This document shows positions 9,162 to 18,057 of a DNA stretch of 64,000 nucleotides, in pieces; position 1 is the stretch's first letter; the number at the start of each line of letters is the position of its first letter. Below the pieces are notes generated by a model. It was not told the origin of the DNA. It saw only the letters and a list, made by a program, of their open reading frames with translations, and did no database searches. Origin of the DNA: an uncultured virus (IMG/VR IMGVR_UViG_3300025327_000020) (taxonomy: Duplodnaviria > Heunggongvirae > Uroviricota > Caudoviricetes); IMG/VR virus record IMGVR_UViG_3300025327_000020. One strand, written 5' to 3'. Both the position numbers and the translations under genes were made by a program.

Positions 9162-9191
9162 TTGTAATCACCTCCTCTCCTCACTGAGGTG

Positions 9192-9398
9192 CTAGCGGTC
9201 TGGCTCGAACAGTCGCGGGTCGATTCGCTTGGCCGTCCTGCCTAGCTGGTTATACAGCCAATCCCCATCATCGTCAATGGCACTAAACAGTGCCATCTTT
9301 AGCGCCGTCTGACCAGGCTGTGTATCGAGGCTCTGGCTTTCCTCGTCTAGCCAGTCCTCTATGAGCTTGCGTTCGGCTGGAGTTGCCATCTGTATCAC
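9192..9398 (-). CDS. Small hypothetical protein
   Basis: aaaggaggtg SD (true start probably the ATG at 9389). Confidence 0.55.
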   Translation of the reverse strand: MIQMATPAERKLIEDWLDEESQSLDTQPGQTALKMALFSAIDDDGDWLYNQLGRTAKRIDPRLFEPDR

Positions 9399-9427
9399 CT
9401 CCTTTCCTCTCTAAGTGCTCAGAGGCT

Positions 9428-9703
9428 CTAACGCGCTCTGCTAATGCGTTCCCACATCCCCACGTCAGAACTGAGGAGTGCCTGGATTTCCCTGATACGC
9501 CGTCGTTCCTTTAGAGAAGGCTTCTCACCACCTAGGTAGCGATAGCCCATCATGTTCAGTTCACGTTGGAGCACCCTCCGTTCATTCCTCGTTAGGCGGC
9601 AATATTCACCGTCCTCGTCAACTAGCTTGTCCATCTGCTCCCCTTCCTCAAGTGCTGGCGGGGGAAGGCATCGGTCAACTTCGATGCATTGCAGGCGAAA
9701 CAT
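9428..9703 (-). CDS. Small hypothetical protein
   Basis: ORF in the early operon; start uncertain. Confidence 0.45.
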   Translation of the reverse strand: MFRLQCIEVDRCLPPPALEEGEQMDKLVDEDGEYCRLTRNERRVLQRELNMMGYRYLGGEKPSLKERRRIREIQALLSSDVGMWERISRAR

Positions 9704-9757
9704 GTTGTTGACACGCCTGCACCCCGTGGCTGTCCGCTCACATGGTAGCTACCATGC

Positions 9758-9970
9758 CTACGGACTTGAAGGATGCCCTTCCTCGTCAGCACTCATCTCC
9801 CTGGCTGCACTCTCTCCCATACGTCCGAATATGCAGCCGGCACAGAGGATTCTCGTTCCTCTTGTCGGTTGCCCGCAGTCCCTGCAAACCAGAGCGGGGT
9901 CGCTCACTCTCTTAAACGGTAGAACCTTACCCATGATGGCCTGTATCTCCTCTATGGCTCTGCTCCCCAT
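9758..9970 (-). CDS. Small Zn-finger protein, first gene of the leftward early operon
   Basis: CRDCG...LCAGC; directly after a consensus promoter. Confidence 0.5.
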   Translation of the reverse strand: MGSRAIEEIQAIMGKVLPFKRVSDPALVCRDCGQPTRGTRILCAGCIFGRMGESAAREMSADEEGHPSSP

Positions 9971-9981
9971 CTGTCCTATCC

Positions 9982-10010
9982 ATTATACATAGGATGCTTG
10001 GCGTTGTCAA
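9982..10010 (-). promoter_or_regulatory. Perfect sigma70-type promoter driving the leftward early operon
   Basis: TTGACA-17-TATAAT on the minus strand. Confidence 0.85.
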
Positions 10011-10172
10011 GCTAGTTATGTCAACTTGGGCATAGAACTTGTGTGCTAGTTGTATGATGTGCATTAGCTTATACAGCTAAACAATTCCTGCCAGCCCAAG
10101 AACTGCTAATTAGCCTAATCAATTCTCCACTACACGTTACCGTGTAATATTGAAATCTTCACAACCAGGCTA

Positions 10173-10200
10173 TTGACATTGTGCAGGGTCATGGTATATT
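10173..10200 (+). promoter_or_regulatory. sigma70-type promoter
   Basis: TTGACA-16-TATATT with TGn extension. Confidence 0.65.
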
Positions 10201-10250
10201 GAATGTAGTGGTCGGGCAGCAAAATCAGACCATTGAAAGGAGATAATCGA

Positions 10251-10919
10251 ATGGTCACAGAACTGGAAAAAGACCGAAACGCTGGACTCAAAGCTGCTGG
10301 GTCGGTTCCCCCAACAGTGGAAGACCTGAACGCCCAAGTCGAGCGGCTTACCACTGGCGATTTGGCTCAGGCACAGCGCGACTTGGACAGTGCTAAGTCC
10401 ACATTCGGCAAAGCCCAGAAGTCAGCAAGCGTTGATGAACTGCTAGAGATGGCAGGCTACGTGCGCGATGCCCAGAAAGCCGTTGACACCGTGAACGCCA
10501 GTATCGACGTGGCTCGGAAGCGCATCCAGGTTGCCGAATGGGAAGTCACCACGGCTGAACTGCGCGAAGCTGGTACACTCATTGCCAGTGCCATTCGGGA
10601 TGCGCTTAGTGCCTGCTCCGATGTGCTGAAGAAGTTCAACGTTACTGGTTTCACGTCGGCGGCTAGTGGTATCGGGACGCCAGAACTGGTCATCTCGCCC
10701 GCTAAGTGGCAGGGCCCGAACATCCCGACTGCGCCCAAAGGCGTCAAGCGTGGTGGCGCAGGTCGTGGTGGCGCGAAGTCCGTTCCACTGACTGTCAACG
10801 GGACGGAATACCCCAGCGCCAGCGCTGCCTGCAAAGTGTTCTTCCCAGACTCCGGCCCATTGAATCGCGCCAGTATCATTAGCAAGCTGGCGACTGCCGG
10901 CCACACTGTAAGCGGCTAG
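10251..10919 (+). CDS. Coiled-coil protein with C-terminal putative DNA-binding domain
   Basis: aaaggaga SD; heptad N-terminus, KRGGAGRGG linker, LTVNGTEYPSASAAC (NUMOD1-like) tail. Confidence 0.7.
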   Translation: MVTELEKDRNAGLKAAGSVPPTVEDLNAQVERLTTGDLAQAQRDLDSAKSTFGKAQKSASVDELLEMAGYVRDAQKAVDTVNASIDVARKRIQVAEWEVTTAELREAGTLIASAIRDALSACSDVLKKFNVTGFTSAASGIGTPELVISPAKWQGPNIPTAPKGVKRGGAGRGGAKSVPLTVNGTEYPSASAACKVFFPDSGPLNRASIISKLATAGHTVSG

Positions 10920-10941
10920 ACCACACTCCCAATAGAGCGAT

Positions 10942-10989
10942 AAGCCCTCCATCGTGAATGCCCGGCCACTGATGGGGGGCTTTCTTTTT
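10942..10989 (+). terminator. Rho-independent terminator
   Basis: aagccctccatc / gatggggggctt stem followed by tctttt. Confidence 0.75.
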
Positions 10990-11218
10990 CCTTTGGTAAC
11001 CATTGGTGTCATCCTCAGTGCTGGCAACCATCTCACATGACACCAGACGCATTGTGTGGCCCAACAGAGGCCTCCATTTTCTTTTCTGGGGTAAACCATT
11101 GGCCCATTACAGCACCACCAATGAGAACCATCCTACAGCCGAATTGCGCAAGTGTGGCCTAAGCTATGCCCCTACGCGCGACAGTCATTCCTTTGCTTTC
11201 TGCCTTCTAACCATATTT

Positions 11219-11494
11219 TTAGGAAAATTGGGGGAAAAGAACCTCAACAGTTGGCTCAGAGGCAATTAACACAGGCTCCCCACACCCACAGAGGTGGTCA
11301 GACTCGTCTGTCTTCGAGATAGTTACATAATCCATCACTGAGGCTACAAAGGGAACACTACGTTGGAAGCCACATGAGTCACAGGTATAAGTCCAGAGCA
11401 GTCCACAACTAGGACATTTGACCTCAGTAACGCGAACAAATGGGGCTGTAAAGTGGTGAGCGCAATATAGGACCATTAGGCCTCCAAATAGCAT
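11219..11494 (-). CDS. Zn-ribbon protein
   Basis: CPSCG, CDSCG, CGCG motifs. Confidence 0.5.
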   Translation of the reverse strand: MLFGGLMVLYCAHHFTAPFVRVTEVKCPSCGLLWTYTCDSCGFQRSVPFVASVMDYVTISKTDESDHLCGCGEPVLIASEPTVEVLFPQFS

Positions 11495-11585
11495 CTAAGG
11501 CAAATCCAGAATGTAATATCTGGGAGGTAAAGCCTAGAACCGCAAACAGAGCACTTCCTATTGAGGCGCCTGAGATAGCCTGCAA

Positions 11586-11789
11586 TCATCCGTAATCCCT
11601 TCTGGCTCTCTCGCTGATAGGGTCGCGGTACCTGTATTTTCCAATAGTGGGATTTCCTTCCGGCTCAAAGGTATTCTTAAATAGCCGCTCCTCTCCACAG
11701 TATTTGCACTTGCCAGGAACCTTAGCGCCATTCTGACCTGAGATAATCCAGTAGTGAGCACCAGTAGAGGATTTGCTGCAATCAGCCAC
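11586..11789 (-). CDS. Small Zn-binding protein (HxW...G.CK.CG..R.F.N family)
   Basis: AHYWIISGQNG...GKCKYCGEERLFKN; ggagg SD. Confidence 0.65.
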   Translation of the reverse strand: MADCSKSSTGAHYWIISGQNGAKVPGKCKYCGEERLFKNTFEPEGNPTIGKYRYRDPISERARRDYG

Positions 11790-11791
11790 AA

Positions 11792-12070
11792 TTAACCTCC
11801 TAGGGACTCCTCATACTCCTGCAATAGACTAGCCATCTCACCATCACGAACAATAGGAAAGTCACACGTAGGACCTGAGCTACCACACTCAGGGCACTGA
11901 CGTAGGGCTCTACCAATATGGTTCCAGTTTCTTTTACCCAATGTGTCTACATATAGTAGGCGGTTTGCAGGCATAGTTGTGTGGCAGACAGGACAGCGAC
12001 GATAGCGGATGGGTTTGCTCATGTGTATAATCTTCTTATCAGTTGGTGAATCCCAGACTTGGGGTGACAC
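11792..12070 (-). CDS. Zn-ribbon protein
   Basis: RCPVC...RQCPECG. Confidence 0.55.
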   Translation of the reverse strand: MSPQVWDSPTDKKIIHMSKPIRYRRCPVCHTTMPANRLLYVDTLGKRNWNHIGRALRQCPECGSSGPTCDFPIVRDGEMASLLQEYEESLGG

Positions 12071-12126
12071 CCTTACTATAGTAATGTGTGTAATATAGAA
12101 GATGGGATATGCGTTCTAATTCTGTT

Positions 12127-13233
12127 CTAATTTTCAATCCACAGCAGTCTCCTCCAAACATATCCTCCTACCTCGGTTCCTGATGACTCAACAACATCCA
12201 ATGCTTCAAGGTCCTGGAGTACCCTTAGGACACTCACATTTGGCAACCTCAGCAGTCTTGCGGTTTCGCTTGTTTTCCTGGGCTCTGTAAGGGCTTGGAG
12301 GACTGCAAGGCGAAGAGGAGGAATACTGTCCATTGCAACTTTGTATAGGATTGACCATATGTTGAGGGATTGGTCAACAAGTAGAAGTGACTCTCCGAGT
12401 TTGCCTAGCTGCTTCACCAATCGTGTTCCAGTTTCCCTCTGAGGGAGTCTGGTTATTTCGTGGGTATAAGGTTCTCTTGACACCTCTGACCTACATAGGG
12501 CGGTATAATCTGCTAGAGCAGGCAATCTCTTCATAATATCAGGTGGAAGTTTAGGGCCCTGAATCTGGGGAAATAACATCTTGAGGTTATAGCCCTCAAC
12601 AAATTGTCCTACAAGTTCCATTCTCTGCCTTCTTGTTTCAGCCTCAGTTCCATTCTGTCGAAGTGCTGCTTCTGTTGTAGCAAGAGGATTAGAAATATGG
12701 TATCGATAGTCTAGGAAGCGCTCTCCTAGTTCCTGGCTTGCCATTCCTCCTTGTTTACCGTCTATAGCGGGCGTGCAGCCGGCAATAAGGGTGACCTTTC
12801 CTCTCCAGGTGATAGATTCCTTCTCGCTTCCTACATCCTTAACATATCTCCCATCATATATCTTTCGTAACTGCCCCATTATGTTTCTCTGGTCAGGGGC
12901 ATGTTCGGAAAGAACTGTGCTGAAATCCTCTATTGTAAATATGGGGTTTCCAAGGCGCTTGAGTAGGCTAGTTTGTCCCTTATCAGAACGTTCATATCCT
13001 GAGAGGAAGGTCCTAGGTGAGATGGTATCTAGAGGTTGTACCTGTGGTATACCCTCCAAAGAACTCAGTAGCTCTGTTTTTCCCGAACCTGCCTCCGCAA
13101 TGAGCATTAGCCAGATAGGGTCTCCTTTTGTATAGTGGGACAGAACTGTGGCGAGCACTACAGGTAGCACATAAGGGTCTTCCATGAGGAAGGTTTCGCG
13201 GAAAACCCTGTCTATGTCTTTATATGAGGTCAT
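12127..13233 (-). CDS. MCM-like AAA+ ATPase / putative replicative helicase with C-terminal wHTH
   Basis: Walker A AEAGSGKT, Walker B FTIEDF, LRKIYDG, AGCT, Arg finger GERF, C-terminal HTH. Confidence 0.7.
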   Translation of the reverse strand: MTSYKDIDRVFRETFLMEDPYVLPVVLATVLSHYTKGDPIWLMLIAEAGSGKTELLSSLEGIPQVQPLDTISPRTFLSGYERSDKGQTSLLKRLGNPIFTIEDFSTVLSEHAPDQRNIMGQLRKIYDGRYVKDVGSEKESITWRGKVTLIAGCTPAIDGKQGGMASQELGERFLDYRYHISNPLATTEAALRQNGTEAETRRQRMELVGQFVEGYNLKMLFPQIQGPKLPPDIMKRLPALADYTALCRSEVSREPYTHEITRLPQRETGTRLVKQLGKLGESLLLVDQSLNIWSILYKVAMDSIPPLRLAVLQALTEPRKTSETARLLRLPNVSVLRVLQDLEALDVVESSGTEVGGYVWRRLLWIEN

Positions 13234-13460
13234 ATGGAACCTGATTGGCCGTCACCCGCTCTAAAGGCCTTCTCTTTCTCCTGGTAAGCTCTTATAGGTT
13301 CCAGCAGCCTCTCAAAAGCCTCTATAGGAATAAGCACACGTCCACCTATCCATACAGACGGTATCGTACCTCTTCGTACAGCCCTGTAAACGGATTCGGG
13401 ACTTATCCCTAACTGTGCAGCGACCTCTTTGACGGTGTATACCTTGCGGTCAATTTCCAT
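13230..13460 (-). CDS. Excisionase-like HTH_17 regulator
   Basis: YTVKEVAAQLGISPESVYRAVRRGTIPSVWIGGRVLIP. Confidence 0.85.
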   Translation of the reverse strand: MEIDRKVYTVKEVAAQLGISPESVYRAVRRGTIPSVWIGGRVLIPIEAFERLLEPIRAYQEKEKAFRAGDGQSGSI

Positions 13461-13487
13461 AGCTCTCCTTATTGGTTATTCACTATT

Positions 13488-13517
13488 ATTATAGCAAGTG
13501 TGGTGTGTTTTTGTCAA
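13488..13517 (-). promoter_or_regulatory. sigma70-type promoter for the HTH/helicase operon
   Basis: TTGACA-18-TATAAT, TGn extension. Confidence 0.75.
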
Positions 13518-13586
13518 GTGCAAATCTTATATATACTCAAACACACAACTATACCAAACTATATACTCAAATTACCCTCGGTGCAC

Positions 13587-13615
13587 TTGACAAGCTTATT
13601 GTCTTATGTTATAAT
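13587..13615 (+). promoter_or_regulatory. sigma70-type promoter for the packaging operon
   Basis: TTGACA-17-TATAAT, TGn extension. Confidence 0.85.
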
Positions 13616-13631
13616 GATGGTGAGGAATCAA

Positions 13632-14312
13632 ATGGTATCTGAACAAATCTTTGTCATAGGTCCCAAGCAGGAGCTACACGAGGTTGAACAGGTTGAGTCC
13701 GGCACTCTCGACATAGAGCCGAATGACCTGGAGGAGATGCTTCAAGCTAGATTGCCAGCATCTAATCACCCTCGGAAGGCATCCTATTTGAGCTATCGTG
13801 CCTGTGGGTTCTCAGTCCGTGAGGCCTGCACTATGGCCGAGGTTTCTCAACATACGGTAAACAAGTGGAGACGTGACGACCCTGAGTTCAAGGAGCTAGA
13901 GGGGCCTAAGCTCAGCTTCCTTCAGCACTCTCTCAGTAGAGACATCCTGCGTATGGAGTTCATGAGGAACTTTAGGTTGGCTCTCCGCCGTGACTTTAAG
14001 ATTCTATACAGGGCGGCCTATAACTTCAACTCTCTTACGGAGACTGAGTATGACTACCTCAAAGTTATTCGTAGGCTTTATGGGCCATCGGACCTACTCG
14101 CATTAGAGAAGGCATTGGAGCCTGAGCATGGTGAACGTGCTCCTATTCACGTAGAGAAGGGTGTGTTTATTGTTGACGGAAGGGAAGTAGAATCTGAGGA
14201 GGCTAAGAGGGTTGCTGCTAGGAGGCTGCTGGATAGGTTCACCTCCAATGGAAAGTTTGCACAGGAGCAAGGACTAATCGAGACTTCTGTGGTGGAGTCT
14301 GATGGTAGTTGA
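13632..14312 (+). CDS. terS: Probable terminase small subunit
   Basis: HTH (SVREACTMAEVSQHTVNKWRRDDPEF); immediately upstream of TerL; gagga SD. Confidence 0.65.
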   Translation: MVSEQIFVIGPKQELHEVEQVESGTLDIEPNDLEEMLQARLPASNHPRKASYLSYRACGFSVREACTMAEVSQHTVNKWRRDDPEFKELEGPKLSFLQHSLSRDILRMEFMRNFRLALRRDFKILYRAAYNFNSLTETEYDYLKVIRRLYGPSDLLALEKALEPEHGERAPIHVEKGVFIVDGREVESEEAKRVAARRLLDRFTSNGKFAQEQGLIETSVVESDGS

Positions 14313-15723
14313 GGCTCCCTCTGGGGTTGACTCGGAGTTTGCTGCCAGGGTCATGGCTGCTCAAATAGGTGACCAGGCAACCTATGCTCAGGCTGTCCAC
14401 CACTACACATATGAGCTATATCAGGAGGCATGGGCTGAGGGTTTAGAAACTCTCCATAGGACCCTTATCGTTTGTCCTCCTGATACCTTTAAGTCTACAA
14501 CTGTTAGACATTTTGTGGAGAGGGCGATTGGGCATAATTGTAACGTTAGAATCCTCTGGCTAATGAATGCTGGTGAGCAGGCTGAGAAGCAGCTAATGGC
14601 TATCAGCCAAACCATTAAGTCTAATAATGTCTACAGGTCAGCCTTTGGAGTCCAAGAGGATTCTGAGAAACAGTGGACTAAATCTGTCCTGTATGTAAAG
14701 CGAGACATTACTGACCCTGAGCCAACTCTAATGGCCACAGGCATGAATGGCCCCTATCAGGGCCTTCACTTTGACATTATCATCATCGACGACCCTACCA
14801 ACCAAGAGGATGTTCGTAGTCCTACTACAATGGAGCTTCAAAGGAGCAAGGTTAGAGGAGTAATTATTGATAGGCTTCTTGAAGGTGGAAGGATTGTTGG
14901 CCTTCTAACTCGATGGGGAGTTGAAGACCTGGTTCCCACCTTTGAGGACATGGGATTCACAATCATAGTGATGCCTGTTGCTGGGGACTATCCTTGGGGG
15001 CCTACCCTCTCCCCAACTCGGTTCACTCCTGAAGTGATTGAGGCCAAACGCCAGGACAAGGGTGATATGCTCTTTGCGCTCACCTTCATGTGTCAGCCGG
15101 AGGCCGCTGAGGGCAACATCATCCGCCGTGAGGAGATTCATTACTGGGATAAGGACACAATCCCCAATACTCCTCTTCATATCTTTATGGGAATTGACCC
15201 TGCAGCTACGGCAAAGAGTTATTCCGACTACTGGGGATTTGCCTCTGTGGGCCTCTCTATACAGCGCAATATCAAGTATGTGCTGGAACTCTCGGCAGTT
15301 AGGTGTGAGGTTAGCCAAGGTGAGTTAGAGATAGTCAAGAGGGCACAGAGAACTGCAGGGCTTCGAGCGATTGGTATAGAGACCATAGGCTTCCAGGCCC
15401 ATATACTCCAATCCATGAAGCGAAGGTTTAATCTCCCATTCAGAGAGATTCCCTATAGGACTCGTCGACAGGTAATGCACAAGGTAGTAGGGCTCGACCG
15501 CGATAAGGTTGGCCGTGCTATGTATCTTTCTTCGGAGTTTGCCAGTGGTAGGCTACTGCTCCCGAAAGGTTTGCCTACTGTTGATGGAGTCTCAGTTGAG
15601 TCGGAGCTATGTGCAGTACCCTTTGGTAAGCATGATGACCGCTTGGATGCGCTCGCCTTTGCTTGCATCCTGGCGGATGCCCACTCTACTCCCAGACGGT
15701 TCGTTTCTATAAAGGGATTTTAG
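14302..15723 (+). CDS. terL: Terminase large subunit
   Basis: Walker-A-like PPDTFKST, GLHFDIIIIDDP, TRW, nuclease GIDPA and HDDRLDA. Confidence 0.92.
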   Translation: MVVEAPSGVDSEFAARVMAAQIGDQATYAQAVHHYTYELYQEAWAEGLETLHRTLIVCPPDTFKSTTVRHFVERAIGHNCNVRILWLMNAGEQAEKQLMAISQTIKSNNVYRSAFGVQEDSEKQWTKSVLYVKRDITDPEPTLMATGMNGPYQGLHFDIIIIDDPTNQEDVRSPTTMELQRSKVRGVIIDRLLEGGRIVGLLTRWGVEDLVPTFEDMGFTIIVMPVAGDYPWGPTLSPTRFTPEVIEAKRQDKGDMLFALTFMCQPEAAEGNIIRREEIHYWDKDTIPNTPLHIFMGIDPAATAKSYSDYWGFASVGLSIQRNIKYVLELSAVRCEVSQGELEIVKRAQRTAGLRAIGIETIGFQAHILQSMKRRFNLPFREIPYRTRRQVMHKVVGLDRDKVGRAMYLSSEFASGRLLLPKGLPTVDGVSVESELCAVPFGKHDDRLDALAFACILADAHSTPRRFVSIKGF

Positions 15724-15726
15724 GCT

Positions 15727-15912
15727 GTGAAGATACAACCTCGGTGGTGGCACAGGAGCTTAGGACTAAGAAATCTCTGCTGGATGATAGGAATGATTCT
15801 CTTTTTTGGAACTCTACAGGTTGTCCCTCTCTTAGGACTAGCCTTCTTTGCGTATCTCTTCCTTGGTTACTTTTACTTTGTGACTATTCGAGGTTCTAAT
15901 GGAAGCTCCTGA
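15727..15912 (+). CDS. Small membrane protein
   Basis: Two hydrophobic stretches; lies between terL and portal. Confidence 0.45.
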   Translation: MKIQPRWWHRSLGLRNLCWMIGMILFFGTLQVVPLLGLAFFAYLFLGYFYFVTIRGSNGSS

Positions 15913-17752
15913 TTCTACCTATATAACCAAGCTGCTCTATGAGCTAAAGAGGAATCTTGAGGGTCTCCATAAGCGTATCTCTGAGATTGAGCTTGTTAGG
16001 CATCTAGAGGACCCTGTAAAGCTCTCTGATGAGGAGCGTCCATCAGGGCTTGAAATACGTATTGGTGCCGCATCTGAGCTAATCGAGAATGTTAAAGCAT
16101 CTCTTACAACTAATCTTCCACAGGTTAGAGTAGCTCCATTGAGGACTTCTGCAACTGCCCAGCCTAATTCCTCCAAGCGTGAGAAGTTCTGGAACGCTTA
16201 TCTCAAGAAAATAGGCCGGATGCTCAATGAGACTGTGGACGGTCAGGCTGGTCTTGGTATGGGTATTCTTAAGGCTGCCTTCTACCCTTGGCCTAAGACT
16301 GATAGGAAACGTCTTATTACCAACGGTGTGAAGGAGACTGATGCTGAGTTCAATGACCGCCAGAGAGCACTAAAGCGTTTCTGGGGGCCTCCATTCAAGG
16401 TTGTCCCAGTTCACCCTCTTACGTTCTTCTATCGGCTCGGTCCAGGAGATGAGATTGTAGAGGCTTTGGAGCACTCTTGGCGTCCAAAGAGAGAGACTGA
16501 GGCTGCCTTTGGGACTCCCTCTTCTAGTGCTATTGTCTCTGCTACCCCAGGTATGCCAATTGAGGAGATACAACCTCTTCCCTATGGTACAAGCACCGAG
16601 ACTCTGACCTTAGTAACTGAATACTGGTCTAAGGAGTGGTATCAGATATACATTAATGGGAAACTGATGTATGAGGAGGCAGACCCCTCTGTTCACTACT
16701 TTGTTGCAATAGGCCGGACTACGGTTAGCCGTGACCCTGACAAGTATGGCATCTCTGTAGCAGAGATATTCCGCCATAATGAGCCCATTATTAATCGTGC
16801 TCTTACAAGGGTTGCTGAGGCAGTGGAGATTGTTGTTCGCAAGCGCCTCACCATAGAGCTTCCAGAGGGCTCCACTGAGGGTTTCGAGACGGGAGAGGAT
16901 AATAACCTCGTTCCTCGAACCTGGAAGTTCAAGGGTGACCAGGCTGAGGCACTTCCTGCTGGTGCTAAGATTCAAGACCCATTTGCAGGTGCTGAGAATG
17001 CCTTTGCTGCTCTTCCTTTTATTGAGCTAATGCTTCGGCTCATGGGTCAGCACGGAGTTTCACCTATATTCAAGGGTGTTCCACCTGGGGCAGTAGGCTC
17101 TGGATACCGTGACAACTCTCTATACCTGATGGCTCGTAGCCAATTCCAATATCTTGTGGACTCCTATGAACTAGCCCTTGCAGAGTTAGTAAGGTGGTTA
17201 GAGTCAGAGCTTGTTAGGAGTGCCCGTCAGGAAATTTGGATTGATGACCTTTCTCTATCTCCTAAGGATATTAAAGAGTTTCCTGCTGTTATTACAGTCG
17301 AAGTTGACCCTATGCTCCCACAGAACATCATCGCTGAGGGTCAGTTCTATGACAGGATGCACGCTCGCGGCCATATCCCTCGTCGGATAGTGCTTGAGAG
17401 TGGGATGAGATTGGAGCAGCCAGAGGAGATTGAATACGAGAGGATGAAGGAGGACCTACAGGAGCTTCTCAAGCCTAGTCTCTATAAGGATGTCTTGGAG
17501 ACAGTGGGAATACTTCCACCTCCTGAGGCTGGCCTTGTAGGTCCAGATGGTCAGCCTATTAGTAGCAACTCCTTGGCTCCAAGAGGAGGTCCAGGAGGCG
17601 TCCAAGAGCTAATGGCAGCCTTGAAGGGTAATGGTCGTTCTCCAACTGGTGAGGCTGCTCAGGCTGCTGGAGGTTACACTCGTGCGGGTCAGTCGAGACA
17701 ACCGCCGGAGGCAGCAGGAGCGTTTCCACCTGGAATGAGGGAAAGGGCATAA
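15899..17752 (+). CDS. Portal protein
   Basis: 617 aa after TerL, helical, Pro/Gly-rich tail typical of podovirus portals. Confidence 0.8.
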   Translation: MEAPDSTYITKLLYELKRNLEGLHKRISEIELVRHLEDPVKLSDEERPSGLEIRIGAASELIENVKASLTTNLPQVRVAPLRTSATAQPNSSKREKFWNAYLKKIGRMLNETVDGQAGLGMGILKAAFYPWPKTDRKRLITNGVKETDAEFNDRQRALKRFWGPPFKVVPVHPLTFFYRLGPGDEIVEALEHSWRPKRETEAAFGTPSSSAIVSATPGMPIEEIQPLPYGTSTETLTLVTEYWSKEWYQIYINGKLMYEEADPSVHYFVAIGRTTVSRDPDKYGISVAEIFRHNEPIINRALTRVAEAVEIVVRKRLTIELPEGSTEGFETGEDNNLVPRTWKFKGDQAEALPAGAKIQDPFAGAENAFAALPFIELMLRLMGQHGVSPIFKGVPPGAVGSGYRDNSLYLMARSQFQYLVDSYELALAELVRWLESELVRSARQEIWIDDLSLSPKDIKEFPAVITVEVDPMLPQNIIAEGQFYDRMHARGHIPRRIVLESGMRLEQPEEIEYERMKEDLQELLKPSLYKDVLETVGILPPPEAGLVGPDGQPISSNSLAPRGGPGGVQELMAALKGNGRSPTGEAAQAAGGYTRAGQSRQPPEAAGAFPPGMRERA

Positions 17753-18057
17753 TGCCTATTCTCTCTGGCCCTCGACTTGATAAGCTTAGGACTGAGGTAG
17801 AGGAGTGGTACTTCGATATGAGGCAGCGGCTTATCAAGGAGCTAGAGGCCGAATACACCTATGGTTCAGTTCCTCTTTCTCCTGATGAGCAGCTAGAGAA
17901 GTTTCTTACAATGACTCCTGAGGACTGGCAAGAGGTTGCTCAACGGCTCGCTAACAAATACCGTGGAATGCCTGACCAAGAGGAGCTAGTTAAGAAGGAC
18001 ATTCAGGACTTCGTTACTCACATTACAAGGCTATCTGTGAATCGAGGTATGGCATGA
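17752..18057 (+). CDS. Hypothetical virion-operon protein
   Basis: Coupled to the portal; positional equivalent of 53839..54129. Confidence 0.6.
   Translation: MPILSGPRLDKLRTEVEEWYFDMRQRLIKELEAEYTYGSVPLSPDEQLEKFLTMTPEDWQEVAQRLANKYRGMPDQEELVKKDIQDFVTHITRLSVNRGMA

Noticed and set aside
10443..11099. Long antisense ORFs here and opposite other genes (e.g. 31217..31852, 45774..46268)
   Set aside because: Shadow frames of real genes, without SD or recognisable motifs
13500..13631. N-terminal extension of TerS in the ORF track
   Set aside because: It overlaps the divergent promoters; the SD supports the ATG at 13632
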